DNA of 64,000 bases from Eledone cirrhosa (GCA_964016885.1 OZ024754.1:33108001-33172000); one strand, 5' to 3'; positions 1 to 15,805 are shown, counted from the first letter of the stretch. A program made the numbers and translations. Notes: generated by a model from the letters alone, not told the origin.

Positions 1-635
1 TTGTCGTTGTTGCTATTGTTGTTGTTACTACTGTTGGTGATAATGTTGTTGCTGTTGTTGTTGTTGTTGTTACTGTTGTTGTTGCTGATGTTGCTATTGC
101 TGTTGTTGTCGTTGTTGCTATTGTTGTTGTTACTACTGTTGGTGATAATGTTGTTGCTGTTGTTGCTACTGTTGTTGTTACTATTGTTGTTGTTGTTGTT
201 GTTATTGCTGCTATTGTTGTTACTACTGTTGTTGTTGCTGGTGTTGCTATTGTTCTTGTTGTTACTGTTGTTGATGTTGCTATTGCTATTGTTGTTGTCA
301 CTACTGTTGTTGGTACTGCTGTTGCTATTGTTACTATTGTTGTTGTTGCTGTTGCTATTGCTATTGTTGTTGTTACTACTGTTGTTGGTACTGTTGTTGC
401 TATTATTACTATTGTTGTTGTTGTTGCTGTTGCTATTGCTATTGTTGTTGTTACTACTGTTGTTGTTGCTGTTGTTTCTGTTGCTATTGCTGTTGTTGTT
501 AGCGATACTGTTTTTGTTGTTGTTAGTGCGTTGCTTAAATTATTGTGTTGTTGTTGAGGTGGTTATTATTAGTGGTGGTAGTAGTGGTGGTTATGTTGTT
601 GTTGTTGTGTGGGATGTTGTTGTTGTTGTTGTGTG
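1..635. repeat. Degenerate (GTT/GCT/ATT)n trinucleotide microsatellite
   Basis: Continuous ttg/ctg/cta triplets; the poly-Leu ORF 1..639 is an artefact of the repeat. Confidence 0.95.
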
Positions 636-719
636 GTGATGCTGATTGTGATGTTAGTTGCAGTAACGATAGAGACTGGATTATCAATGATACCATTTGT
701 ATTAGTAGCATCTTTAAAG

Positions 720-910
720 GGAGGTAAATTTGCTGACTCGGTAGATCATTAGACAGAATGATTGTCGGCACGTGATCTAAGCATTTTATATTCTAATTTC
801 AAATCCTTCCGGGTTCGATAAATAAAGTACCATTCAACTACTAGGATCAATTTAATAGATTTTTCCCGTCTACTCAAAAATATTGGCCTTGTGCCTAAAC
901 TAGAAACTAT
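720..910 (+). mobile_element. Degenerate tRNA-derived SINE (window's main family)
   Basis: ttcaaatcc B-box remnant, gataaataaagtacca core and tggccttgtgcctaaactagaaac tail. Confidence 0.7.
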
Positions 911-959
911 TACTGTAATAATCTGGGAGGGGAATAATTGTAACAGGGGACCTATTACA

Positions 960-2030
960 ATTGTTCAATTGTAGTGTTATGCTGAACAGCTGCTATCACG
1001 TATAGGATGCATCTGGCTATCAGCTGAAACCATTGTGAATGTTGCTCCAGAGTGGGCGCCTTTCTTGAAACATGTCTTCCTGCGGTTCGTTTCCTTGACT
1101 CAGCTACAGTTCTGGATTGTGTGTGGACCAAGAATGGGAGACTAGCATCGAGAGTGGCACTAGGAGCTCACATCACTTTATACCACGTTCTATAAAAGGT
1201 TTGTCGAAGGTATGAGTAACGATGTCTTCGGAGTAACTTTGGGCGTTGACAGAAACAGTCTGAACAGGCTCTTCTGGAGCACTTTAAGCTCAGGTATTAT
1301 GGATAATTTCCAAAATTGTTTGGAGACTGTATCAATTCTACAGGGGAACTCTATCAGTTCGAGGCAAGCTCTACAGGCACGGAAATTCCAGCAAACGGAA
1401 GTGTTCGATATGCACGCAGAACGAAAAAAACTGTCCTGGGTGCTATTGCTCAGGACCTGTGCTATGTAGGGCTGTGAACTTGTGACGAACAATTACAATC
1501 ACGTGACGGACAGGTGCAGCTGTCAACCAGGATTATAGTGCAAATTGAAGCCCAAAATCTTTTAGAAGGCAGACTCTGCAAATTCTCCTCTGCCAGGTAA
1601 CTATGGCGAAAGAAGCCTAAAAGGATTGAGGATAAAAATCTTTCTTTCTAGCCAAGCCATCATCAACTTCTTCAAGTTTCACATGAGGTGAAAGGTATCG
1701 GTAGAGAGGCTTGGCACTGCCTTCTAATGTGTTTTATGAAAAACTGGGGAGAGATAGGCGATACTGAATGGAGAAAAGAAACCGGGAAAGAACCCTTTCA
1801 ATACCCGTGAGACAACAGAGAAACCCGTGTTTCTCCCTGGAATTACGTTAAAGGGCAATTCCGCCTCATTAGGAAACTATTTCCTGATGAAATACGTTAG
1901 TTTTTCTATTGTTATATATTTATTACTATATCTAATATTGTTATTCCTACTGTTGTTATTCCTTCTTCGGTGATGCCCCCTTTCCATTATTTGATGTAAA
2001 TCCCATTCTGTGTTGGTTTTCTTCTTATAT
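960..2030 (+). mobile_element. Decayed 3' part of a Tx1/L1-clade LINE
   Basis: Peptide VFGVTLGVDRNSLNRLFWSTLSSGIMDNFQ (1212-1320) aligns by eye with ALGEALDMEEDELASLFGRTFSPGPMDNFQ of the intact ORF at 24053-26524; frameshifted; boundaries approximate. Confidence 0.7.
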
Positions 2031-2061
2031 TGTTAGCAATGTTTTGGGTCATTGTGACCAC

Positions 2062-2212
2062 AGAGTTACGCCCCTTTACGATCTGAATTCAAATCCTGAC
2101 GAGGTTAACTTTGCCTTTCAACCATTACGGCGTCGATAAAATAAAGTACCAGTAATGAACTGGGGTCGATTTAATCGGCTTTCCCTTCCCCGAAAATTGT
2201 TGGCCTTGTGCC
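2062..2212 (+). mobile_element. tRNA-derived SINE, 5'-truncated
   Basis: gaattcaaatcc...gttaactttgcctttca...gtcgataaaataaagtaccag...tggccttgtgcc. Confidence 0.85.
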
Positions 2213-2292
2213 ATACACACTCAATTACATATATTTATATACATATATACACACAGATATTATTATTATTATTATTATTATTATTGTTATTA

Positions 2293-2681
2293 CTCCTTGA
2301 GTCTCAGTCATTGATGTTAGTTAACTGGAAAGTTTGTTGGAATGAATATCAAGCCACTACCTGCAGCCTCAGATATTCAGGACGTATCGGAGGGTTCTTG
2401 CTGTTCCCAGCAAGCATGTCATTTGAAGCGTTCCAAAAAGCGAGGCGGGGCCAATTTTCTTTAACCATCCCTGGAAACTCTTTGAGATAGTCCCCAGTGC
2501 GCCTATGACAATCGGGACCACTTTGACTTCATGGCAGTTCCAAATCCTTTTTACCTCCCACTTTAAGTCCTGGTATCGGTTAATTTTCTCCCTCTCCTTC
2601 TCTTGCACTCTCGTGTCGAATGGGCAGGCCACATCCACAATCAGGCACGATCTTTTTTCTTTGTCCACAACCACCAGGTCA
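2293..2681 (-). mobile_element. 3' fragment of an R4/Dong-type non-LTR retrotransposon (restriction-like endonuclease domain) inside a (TAA)n tract
   Basis: Minus frame DLVVVDKEKRSCLIVDVACPFDTRVQEKEREKINRYQDL...VVPIVIGALG...CLLGTARTLRYVL* is the (P)D..D..K..KY RLE motif; (ATT)n on both flanks. Confidence 0.85.
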
Positions 2682-2725
<44 letters not shown>

Positions 2726-2827
2726 CGAAACCATTATTGTTGTTGTTGTTGTTGTTGTTATGGTTGTTGTAATTATTTTGTTGTTGATGATGATTTTGTA
2801 GTGGCTGTTGTTGCTGTTATTAATAAT

Positions 2828-3423
2828 AATTGTTTCTACATTTGGCACAAGGCCAGCAAATACCCAGTATATTACTGGTACTTTATTTTATCAACCCCGT
2901 AGGATGAAAAGCAAAGTTAACTCCGGCAGGATTTGAACTCAGAATGGCAAGGGCCGTAACTCTATGCGTCAATGCATGGCGTCCGACCCTCTACCGATAC
3001 TGCCAATCCATAATAATAATGGCACAAGGCCATGAATTTGGGGGGAGGGAAAAGTCGATTAAATCGACCCCAGTGCGTGACTGGTACTTTATTTTATCGG
3101 ATCCGTAAGGATGAAAGGCAAAGTTAACCTCGGCAGGATTTGAACTCAGAATGGAAAGGGCCGTAACTCTAGGCGTCAAAGCATGGCGTCCGACCCTCTA
3201 CCGATACCGTCAATCCACCGCTCCTATTTATAATAATTGTTTCTACTTTAGGCACAAGGCCAGCAATTACCCAGTGCATTACTGGTACTTTATTTTATCG
3301 ACCCCGTAAGAATGAAAGGCAAAGACAACCTCGGCGGGATTTGAACTCAGATCGTAAAGGGACGTAACTATGCTAGAAAGCATGGCGTCCGACCCCCTCT
3401 ACCGATACTGCCAATCCACCGCC
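2828..3423 (-). mobile_element. Three tandem tRNA-derived SINE copies (2828-3010, 3021-3222, 3233-3423)
   Basis: Each has the reverse complement of A-box TGGCAGTATCGGTAGAG, B-box GAGTTCAAATCC and the gcctttcatcc/gtcgataaaataaagtaccag core; separated by (TAA)n. Confidence 0.9.
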
Positions 3424-3479
3424 TTTAATAATAATAATAATAATAATAACAACAACAAAAATAATATTTTTATGAGCGT

Positions 3480-3680
3480 AGGGGTTAATAGACAAGCGGA
3501 TAATGTATTTGACTGTCGGCTCGTAGGTGAGGACGAGTTCAACGTAGCAGATATAGACTTTGGTATGGTTGAAATTGTGCGTCGGACAATCAAATGTACG
3601 TGCCTCAGTACTTGTACATGCCAGCAATTTGATCATATCATATCTCCCCAGACTATTCTTTGGCTTCAACCCATCGCGAA
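3480..3680 (+). mobile_element. Possible MuDR/Mutator transposase (SWIM-finger region) remnant
   Basis: GEDEFNVADIDFGMVEIVRRT...TCTCQQFD resembles the EFxV...V.L..RTCxCxxF pattern preceding SWIM fingers; short and degenerate. Confidence 0.3.
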
Positions 3681-3809
3681 GAAGGCAGCGGGAAACCAAT
3701 CAAATGTAACTTCGACCTGACAAAAAAAGAAAAAAACCTATAAAGTTTTTATTTTTATCTATCAGATCGTTATGCACTGTATTCAGTTATTTTTTTTTTT
3801 TTTCAGATA

Positions 3810-6430
<2,621 letters not shown>

Positions 6431-6914
6431 TAGGTATTTGTTTGCATATAGCAGCTTGGATGGAAAACAACAACAAAAAAAAACATAACAATAACTAAAA
6501 CATAAAGAATAACAACCACAACACCGATGAAAACAACAACAATAACAACAACAACAGCTGTAACAATTACAACAAAATTTACATATGACAATAACAACCT
6601 AAAATGGCGATCAAATTTCGGAAGTAACCCATATAGCAATACGAAGGAAATAAATAGAAATAGCGAATATGGCAAACAGTCATAAATTTAAGCATAATAA
6701 TAAAATAAAGAGCCATAAAAGTGAAGAAACAGACGCAAATGGCGTTCCATTAAAATCACGTGACTATAGAAAATAGTGGCTTCTTGTCGATAATTACATT
6801 TATAGGCGACTAGGGCAGAAAAATTCATATGCTCCATAAAAATGTTTTGATTTCTATATTTTTTCTTTCTTACATTCTCTTTCTTTTTCCTCCTCCCCCC
6901 TCTCTCTCTCTCTG

Positions 6915-6945
<31 letters not shown>

Positions 6946-7055
6946 TTGTGTGTGTGTGTGTGTGTGTGTATGTATGGATGTATTATATATATAAATATAA
7001 TTATATATATATTCATATATATATATGTATATATATACATATCTTTATCTCTCTC

Positions 7056-7113
<58 letters not shown>

Positions 7114-7286
7114 CCTGCCCCTCTCTCTCTGTCTCTCTCTATCATACACTCAAATTCATTACTTGCCACTTCAGAGGAAAGTATACTTGTACAGAGAGTC
7201 ACAAATGCACACATATATGTGCACACCTAAGATATATAAAATATATATGCCTGTATGTTATATATATATATATACACACACATATT

Positions 7287-7349
<63 letters not shown>

Positions 7350-7743
7350 CAGTGTGTATGCATATGTATATATGAATATATAACGTTTGTTTGCACGTTT
7401 GCATATAAAAGTCAATAAAAATATAGAAATTATTGATATACATACATGTGTTTCTTAAATATGTATATACAATATACCATCTATTACACATTATGTAAAA
7501 AGTGTATATGAAACATATATCAGAGCAAACGGCTATTTAAAGGGTTCAGCAATTTTCCAGCATAATTTGTATTTTTGATGGAGGCTGTGTTATTTAGAAA
7601 GTGAGTATCTCAGAAAGTATATACAAATACATCGCATCCATACAGACATATTGGAATGGTATATGGATATATAAATAGAAGACCTGCATAGTTGAGTTCT
7701 CTTTCTTGTTCCTTTTTCTAACTAATGCAGAAGTGTATATAAT

Positions 7744-7774
<31 letters not shown>

Positions 7775-7827
7775 CAGGAAAGAAGAGTGACACGGTTTGC
7801 TATACAAAAAAGGTTTTTAATCTCATT

Positions 7828-7933
7828 GCTGACAATTGTTTCTCTGAACTGGTAGGTCTAGAGATCGCTATCCGCTTATTTTCGCGTTACTCGATCGCCA
7901 ATACAAAATTATAACCAGTCAGTTCATCGGAGC
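7828..7933 (-). ncRNA. Hammerhead ribozyme-like motif, long stem II, variant core CCGAUGA
   Basis: Minus strand: gct-CCGATGA-actgactggt...accagttcaga-GAAA-caattg-TC-agc; palindromic stem III. Confidence 0.6.
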
Positions 7934-8207
7934 TTGCGAGAATGAAGAGAATATACAGGCTACTATATGTAGTAGTAATGACATTCAGTTAGAACAATAA
8001 CAACAATATCAACAATGCTAGCAATAAATTATTTGAAATAATCACAACATCAATCTAGGTGGGAAGTATAGTATATCTATGATTTTAGCTTGTAAAACTA
8101 GCTGACATGAGGCAGATGTATAAAATTGACATGTAAAAACTGTCGTAGGGTATATTATATCGAGTGTAAAGATAAGCTGGTGTTTTTAAACATATATATA
8201 TAGAGAG

Positions 8208-8387
8208 AATTGTTTCTACTTGTGGCACATGGCCAACAATTACCCAGTACATTACTGGTAGTTTCTTTTATCGACCCCGTAAGGATGAAAGGCAAAGTTA
8301 ACCTCAACGGGATTTGAACTCAAACCGTAAAGGGACGTAACTATGCTAGAAAGCATGGCGTCCGACCCTCTACCGATACTGCCAATT
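8208..8387 (-). mobile_element. tRNA-derived SINE
   Basis: Full reverse-complement match to the window's SINE consensus. Confidence 0.9.
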
Positions 8388-8411
8388 ACACCTTCATTCG
8401 TTACACTCCCT

Positions 8412-8460
<49 letters not shown>

Positions 8461-8713
8461 ATGCCCTTTGTGTTTGTGTAGCCTCTGCACACCCTCTGCA
8501 CCATACTATCGACGCCACCCCATCTATGGTTCAGATAACCACTCGACTCCCGGGAATGAATATGACCGCAGCCAGTAAACAAGGACCCACACCCCACCCT
8601 CCCGCACCAAAATTAGACTTATCGTCCCCTACTTTTGCTCTTTACTCTCTTTACTCTTTGTTCTTGAATGTTTGGTTGGTAGAGTCTATAACACCAATCA
8701 AAGCCCTTATATA

Positions 8714-8758
8714 GCTCTGACGAATCCTACGGTTACGTAAGGAAGAAACATTGTAAGC
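8714..8758 (+). ncRNA. Type I hammerhead ribozyme in a (TA)n-flanked Penelope-like 3' fragment (8457-8803)
   Basis: gct-CTGACGA-atcctacg gtta cgtaaggaa-GAAA-cattg-TA-agc. Confidence 0.75.
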
Positions 8759-8800
8759 CAATAAAAATCTTTTGATGTTGTAGACGCTCTTGTGTTCTTT

Positions 8801-8866
<66 letters not shown>

Positions 8867-9107
8867 TGATGAATTTTTTTTGCAAGGTTTTTATATGAAA
8901 TAAACGGGAGGAAACATAATAGTATCACTAATGATGTCACAGGTGTGTGTCGAAAGAACTTTGATAGATATATATTTATATCTCTATTTTCAACTGTTGG
9001 TCAATGAATTAGAAACATTGATTGCCAGAGAAATTAACTATAGAGATACATAAAAGATACAGAAGCGAAAACCAACCCAAACCAAACAGTGAGTGTGTTT
9101 TATTATT

Positions 9108-9296
9108 GTGGATTGGCAGTATTGGTAGAGGGTCGGACGCCATGCTTTGACGTATAGAGTTACGGCCCTTGCCATTCTGAGTTCAAATCCCGCCAAGGTT
9201 AACTTTGCCTTTCATCCTTACGGGGTCGATAAAATAAAGTACCTGTAATACACTGGGTAATTGCTGGCCTTGTGCCTAAAGTAGAAACAATTATTA
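9108..9296 (+). mobile_element. tRNA-derived SINE
   Basis: A box, B box GAGTTCAAATCC, core and tail ending gtagaaacaattatt. Confidence 0.9.
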
Positions 9297-9389
9297 TTTC
9301 TAGCAATATTATAACAATATGACCCACCCGAAATATAACAATTTATATACATATATATATATACATATATATATATATACACATATGCA

Positions 9390-9438
<49 letters not shown>

Positions 9439-9510
9439 AATATATACATACACACACACATATATATATATGTATATATATATATATAATAATAATAATA
9501 ATGATAATAA

Positions 9511-9554
<44 letters not shown>

Positions 9555-10197
9555 TAAAAAAATAATGAATAAAACAATGAAACAGTTCCTTATATTAAAC
9601 AAAAAAAGTTCATTATTTAACGATCGTTTCTAGGATATATATGTGTTAGAATTGGCATGCATATTCAACAGATCTATGTACAAAATTATACAAAATTATA
9701 CAAACTATCCAAGAAGCCCTATAAAACTATATATACATATATATAGTTTTATAGGGCTTCTTGGCCCGACGGGTAAGCTAATCAAAAATTTAGGTGTCAG
9801 ACAAAGGATTCCAATAATGACTATATGTATATATATATATATATATGTGTGTGTCTGTACGTGTGTTTGTATGTGTATAAGTGTATAAGTGTGTATGTGT
9901 GTGTGTTTTATTATATTCCGGTAGATGCGTTGCTGCCAATGATAACACACGCGCCATCTTAGTTTCACTCCTGTTTCTATACTTATCAGGTAACTCCTCC
10001 ATTCCTTGATTAGTTTAGTAAGCAGGTAGTTATTTCATTCCCAACCATATTTCCTCCTCACACAACCTATACTCTGATGAGTGGCCATTGTTTCGCACTC
10101 TGTCTTCTCTGGCTTTTTCTTTTGTAAACGAATGAAAGGCAAAGTTATATTCGACAATTATCATAGTCAATTGCATTGTGACGTATACATTTTGAAT

Positions 10198-10267
<70 letters not shown>

Positions 10268-10302
10268 ATATAAGGTCAAAAGATGGTTAAAAAAGTTCCA
10301 TG

Positions 10303-10373
10303 TATTTTATTATGCGCATTTCAAAAACAAATATCATCATGAGATGATATCTGCTTTTTCATCAGATAAAATA
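10303..10373 (-). ncRNA. Type I hammerhead ribozyme (same family as 33595/33762)
   Basis: Minus strand: tattttat-CTGATGA-aaaagcagatatcatctcatgatgatatttgttttt-GAAA-tgcgca-TA-ataaaata; perfect 8-bp stem I, palindromic stem III. Confidence 0.85.
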
Positions 10374-10502
10374 GGGATACATGATATGAAGGTTAATAAA
10401 CACTTGTGAATGGTGAAGTTTTAAATCAACAAATCAACTTAGAGTGCTAATTATCCGATATTTGCATTGCTTTATTGTAATACAATAAAACTCACCTCCT
10501 AC

Positions 10503-10558
<56 letters not shown>

Positions 10559-10560
<2 letters not shown>

Positions 10561-10976
10561 AACAATAGCGTAAGGTCTTCAAAATGCTTTTAATTAAGCA
10601 TACAGTGTATTACCCAATACACTATATATACATTCATATATACATCGCTATTTCAGAGCACCAATTCTAATTTTCAATCTTTGCTGGACCGGCAACCGCT
10701 CTGTATAATCAGTTCCTGATTATTACTGGAATTCTATAAGAATCCAACATTCATAATTTTCAACAGACAAGGGTATACTGAGGTATACCAACATTATGAA
10801 ACAGAGATCTGTCAGCTTATCTCCCTGTGTTTGTTGAAAAAAAAAGTGACATAGTCACTACTTTAAAACAATAGCGTAAGGTCTTCAAAATGCTTTTAAT
10901 TAAGCATACAGTGTATTACCAAATACACTATATATACATTCATATATACATCGCTATTTCAGGGCACCAATTCTAA

Positions 10977-10977
<1 letters not shown>
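10559..10977 (+). mobile_element. Small (TA)n-flanked element with ~112-bp direct terminal repeats (10559-10670, 10866-10977) and a degenerate hammerhead between them
   Basis: aaacaatagcgtaaggtcttc...gcaccaattctaat occurs twice; internal CTGATTA...GAAA-cagagatctg-TC-agct; related sequence on the minus strand at 51005-51190. Confidence 0.7.
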
Positions 10978-11007
<30 letters not shown>

Positions 11008-11452
11008 CGATGTGTGTATATTTAAAAAATGCAACACGTGCTGCTAGCCATTCGCAGATTTGAATTTGCTGTGTAAACACAGATAGTTAAATCTTCTCCC
11101 GTGTTGAAAATCCGTTTTGTCTACTATGGTTTACCGATCGATTGATGGTGAAATATATTTATTTAATGAATTATATACAAGGAAGATTAATCAATGTATA
11201 AGGTATCTATTTTGAAAGTTCTAGTTAGCCTTTAATTAGTTACCTACCTAGCTATGTGTGCTTACACACTTTTACACATTATTCCCTGTGATTGTTTCAT
11301 ATGTTTATTTTAGATATATATATATATATATATATATGGCTATCAATTTGTAGTTGATATAAAATGCTCGGATCTGTTCATTGGAATCTTGGAGCATATT
11401 CTACGGTTCATATGGCGCATGTCTTTCTGACATGACGCCCTTAATTTAATTT

Positions 11453-11806
<354 letters not shown>

Positions 11807-11807
11807 T

Positions 11808-12140
11808 CAAGGCGCATGGCTTAGTGGTTAGAGAGCATTGGGCTTGCAATCAAAAGGTTGTGAGTTCAATTCTTGGTGATGCGTTGCGTCCTTGAGCAAG
11901 ACACTTTATTTTACGTTGCTCCAGTTTACTCAGCTGTAGAAATGAGTTGCGAGATCACTGATGCCAAGCTGTATCGGCCATTGCCTTTCCCTTGGACAAC
12001 ATCGGTAGCGTGGAGAGGGGGGGACACTGGTATGCATGGGCGACTACTGGTCTTCCACAAACAACATTGCCCGGACTTGTTTGTTGGAGGGAAAGTTTCT
12101 AGTGCAAAATCACATGGTTATTCGTGACCGAAGGGGGATC
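11808..12140 (+). mobile_element. tRNA-derived CORE-type SINE
   Basis: A box TGGCTTAGTGGTTAG, B box GAGTTCAATTC, then gcgtccttgagcaagacactt (CORE-domain-like); a 5' fragment of the family is at 17402-17520. Confidence 0.8.
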
Positions 12141-12216
12141 TTCGATATATATATGTGTGTGTGGTGCGTATAAGTGTGTGTGTCTGCGTGTGTGTGTATG
12201 TGTGTGTGTGTGTGTA

Positions 12217-12253
<37 letters not shown>

Positions 12254-12696
12254 ATCAGTGTGTATGCAGTTAATTGTGTTTACAAGTTAGTTATGCACTC
12301 TCTGTGATGTAAATACGTCACTTAGATGTAATAAGTTCCTGAAATGCCCAGGTTAACCTATGTTCAATCTAATACATATATGTGTCTGTGTATGTATATG
12401 TGTGTATGTATGTGTGTGTGTATCTGTATGTGTGTGTGTCTGTATTTGTGTGTGTGTGTGTATGTACATGTGGCTATGTATATCTGTATATCTGTGTGTG
12501 TGTGTATCTGTATGTGTGTGTGTCTGTATTTGTGTATGTGTGTATGTACATGTGGCTATGTATATCTGTATATCTGTGTGTGTGTGTATCTGTATGTGCG
12601 TGTGTGTATGTGTGTATGTGTTGCGTGTGTACACATCTGTCTGAGCCCCTATATATATTTTATTTACATACATACATATATAGATATATATATTCA

Positions 12697-12733
<37 letters not shown>

Positions 12734-12818
12734 GATTAAATTCTCTTTATGTACAAACAACCATACGATTGTTTATTTTTATAATTTTATCACCATCAAT
12801 CATTATCCCTATTATTGT

Positions 12819-12849
<31 letters not shown>

Positions 12850-12889
12850 AGTAATAGTAGTAGTACTAGTAGTAGTAGTAGTAGTAGTA

Positions 12890-13280
12890 TTGGCAGTAGC
12901 GATATACCGCCAGACAACATACTTTGCGTCATATAGGTACGACCCATTAAACTCTGAGTTCAAATCCCACCCTTACTGGATCTATAAAATAAAATACCAG
13001 TAACGCACTGGGGTCGATTCAATCGACTTTCCTCTCCGCCTAAATTGTTGGCATTGTGCCTAAATCAGAAACCATTACTATTAGTATTTATCTTGGATTG
13101 GCAGTACTAGTAGAGGGTGGGAGGCCATGCTTTGCAGCATAGAGTTAAGCCCCTTTACGGTCTGAGTTCAAATCCCGCCGGCATAAACTTTGCCTTTCAT
13201 TCTTACGGGATCGATGAAATAAAGTACCAGTAATGCACTGGGTAGTTGCTGGCCTTGTGCCAAACGTAGAAACAATTATT
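12890..13280 (+). mobile_element. Two tandem tRNA-derived SINEs (12890-13075, 13095-13280)
   Basis: B boxes gagttcaaatcc at ~12956 and ~13164, conserved core and tail. Confidence 0.85.
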
Positions 13281-13310
13281 AGTATTCATCTTATATATGT
13301 GTGTATATAA

Positions 13311-13346
<36 letters not shown>

Positions 13347-13450
13347 GCGGGTGAGTGTCTGTGTGCACAAGCATTGATGTAGGGCGGTAAGGTTAAAATT
13401 TAATGCTTATTATATAAAGCAGCCCCTGACTAATAGTCCGTAACTCGCCA

Positions 13451-13551
<101 letters not shown>

Positions 13552-13567
13552 ACTCTCTCTCTCTCTG

Positions 13568-13598
<31 letters not shown>

Positions 13599-14072
13599 GT
13601 ATCTCTCCATCTATTTCTATCTATCTCTGTCTATCTGTCTATCTGTCACCCCTGTTAAAGAGACAGTCAACAGGAACAATGATGGCACATTACAAGATGT
13701 TTAAAGCAAAGACGGACGGAAGTGAACCTAACCGGAAGTTTGTTACTCACAGCATGCTCAGTTACATCCGTCGGCAGCAATGCAATGTTAATGGTATTTT
13801 CAAATTGAATACATAGCGGAAGTGATCCTCATTTAGTTGCTAATGTTGTTATCGATGCTTCGGATTTTTGGCTTTGCTTTACTATTGTTGTTCTTCTTCT
13901 TGTTGTTGTGTTGATGTTTGATGTTGTTGTAAGCGGCGTTTCATATTACTGTCATCTTCATCGACATTGTTCTTATTTGTGTTGTTGTTTTTTTAAAACC
14001 TTTATTTATATTATATTATTACTATATTTATTTATATTATTACTATATTTATTTATATTATTATTATGACAA

Positions 14073-14440
14073 TGGCGGTGGATTGGCAGTATCGGCAGAG
14101 GGTCGGACGCCATGCTTTAACGTATAGAGTTATGGCCCTTTCCATTCTGAGTTCAAATCCCGCCGAGGTTAACTTTACCTTTCATCTTTACGGGGGTCGA
14201 TAAAATAAAGTACCAGTAATGTACTGGGGTAATTGCTGGCCTTGGGCCAAAAGTAGAAACAATTATTTTTACTGTAATTATTAGGGCGGTGGATTGGCAG
14301 TATCGATAGAGTGTCAGACAAAGTGGTTCGCAGCATACAGTAACGGCCCTTTACGTTCTGAGTTCAAATCCCACCGAAGTTAGTTTTGCCTTTCATCGTC
14401 ACGAAGGCCGATAAAATAAAATACCTGTCACACACTGGGG
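14073..14440 (+). mobile_element. Two tandem tRNA-derived SINEs (14073-14265, 14284-14440)
   Basis: Both start ggcggtggattggcagtatcg and contain the B box and core. Confidence 0.9.
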
Positions 14441-14444
14441 GCGA

Positions 14445-14523
<79 letters not shown>

Positions 14524-14596
14524 TAAATTTCTTTAAGTCGTTTGGAAGCCTCGACAATGCAGATGGGTAAATCCTCGGGTAACAAGATCCGGTGGT

Positions 14597-14664
<68 letters not shown>

Positions 14665-14974
14665 GGTGTTGGATGCTCAAAGCGTCCGTTTGCGGTAGGC
14701 CGTATGTGCACTCGATGCTCTCATAGAGCAGAGTACGATACCACAAAAAAAAAGAGAATCAGTGTTGCGACGAATGGAATTTATTGGACATATTACAATC
14801 GATTCCCTTGCGACCAGCTCGAGGCACGATCGATGTGATGATCGAACCTGACTCTGAAAATCGCAAAGTCCTTAGATACCTCTTGATTCTACGAAGCAGA
14901 TTTTCCTATAGATAGGAAAATCTGCTTCGTAGAATCAAGACGTACCTTATTCGGATCCTCAACTCTGTCTAAAA

Positions 14975-15017
14975 TCCGAGCTGAAGATCCGAATAAGGTG
15001 AAACATTTGTTCTTGGA
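14975..15017 (+). ncRNA. Minimal type I hammerhead ribozyme
   Basis: tccgag-CTGAAGA-tccgaataaggt-GAAA-catttg-TT-cttgga; preceded by an inverted copy of its own 5' half (14944-14965) and a perfect 60-bp hairpin (14881-14940). Confidence 0.7.
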
Positions 15018-15130
15018 ATGGTGAACTAATGGTTGTGGAACAACTTCAACCCAACTCGTCCCATGGACTGAGTGCTCTACCACTACGGATATTACCTTCC
15101 AGTGTTCTACTATTATATATATATATATAT

Positions 15131-15493
15131 AAGAACGAGTAGGACCCCGACGGCTGAGCTCAAGCCGTTTCAACGGCTAATTCTGGACTAAATGAAAATT
15201 TTTATCCTGGTATATGAATAGCCGAGCTTCTCAGGGGGTAATTCCATATATGGTAAAAGTGATTGTCACAATCCTTGTGACAATCACTTTTACCATATTT
15301 GGAATTACCCCCTGAGAAGCTCGGTTATTCATATACGTGCCAGGATAAACATTTTCATTTAGTCCAGAATTAGCCGTTGAAACGGCTTGAGCTCAGCCGT
15401 CGGGGTCCTACTCGTTCCTATTACCCACTCTACTACCCTAAGTATTGAGTACTTTGGTGCGTTATGGTCCACCTGGTTCCTTACCACTTTTCC
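15131..15493 (+). mobile_element. Fold-back Penelope-like remnant with hammerhead-like motif (15307-15406)
   Basis: Inverted arms 15131-15271 / 15275-15420, single-copy tail to 15493; acccc-CTGAGAA-long stem II-GAAA-cggct tgagctc agccg-TC-ggggt. Confidence 0.8.
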
Positions 15494-15805
15494 ATATATA
15501 TATATATATATGAATGTGTGTGTGTATTCCTATCTACGTGTGTGTGTGACTGAGTACATGTACATGTGTCAGTGTGTGTGTGTGTATACGTGTGTGTATA
15601 TGTGTGTGATGTACGTATCTTTGATATTGTGACACTCCTTTTTCTAATGATCATCTGTGATGTGAGAGAAGCAAATCAACTCACACTGGGCGAGGAAACA
15701 AGGCTTTTAGACCTTGTGCGATTCACTGATAAACCACTAAACTTTTTACTCCAAATCCATAAAGTTGCATAAGAGAGAAAGATATATATATATATATATA
15801 TATAT

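Noticed and set aside
1-639. 212-aa poly-Leu ORF
   Set aside because: Translation of a (GTT)n repeat; no unique coding context (a poly-Gln/Asn frame on the minus strand cannot be supported either)
1880-1900. CTGATGA as a hammerhead core (also 10074 and CTGACGA at 26709)
   Set aside because: No properly placed stem II-GAAA-UH or stem I
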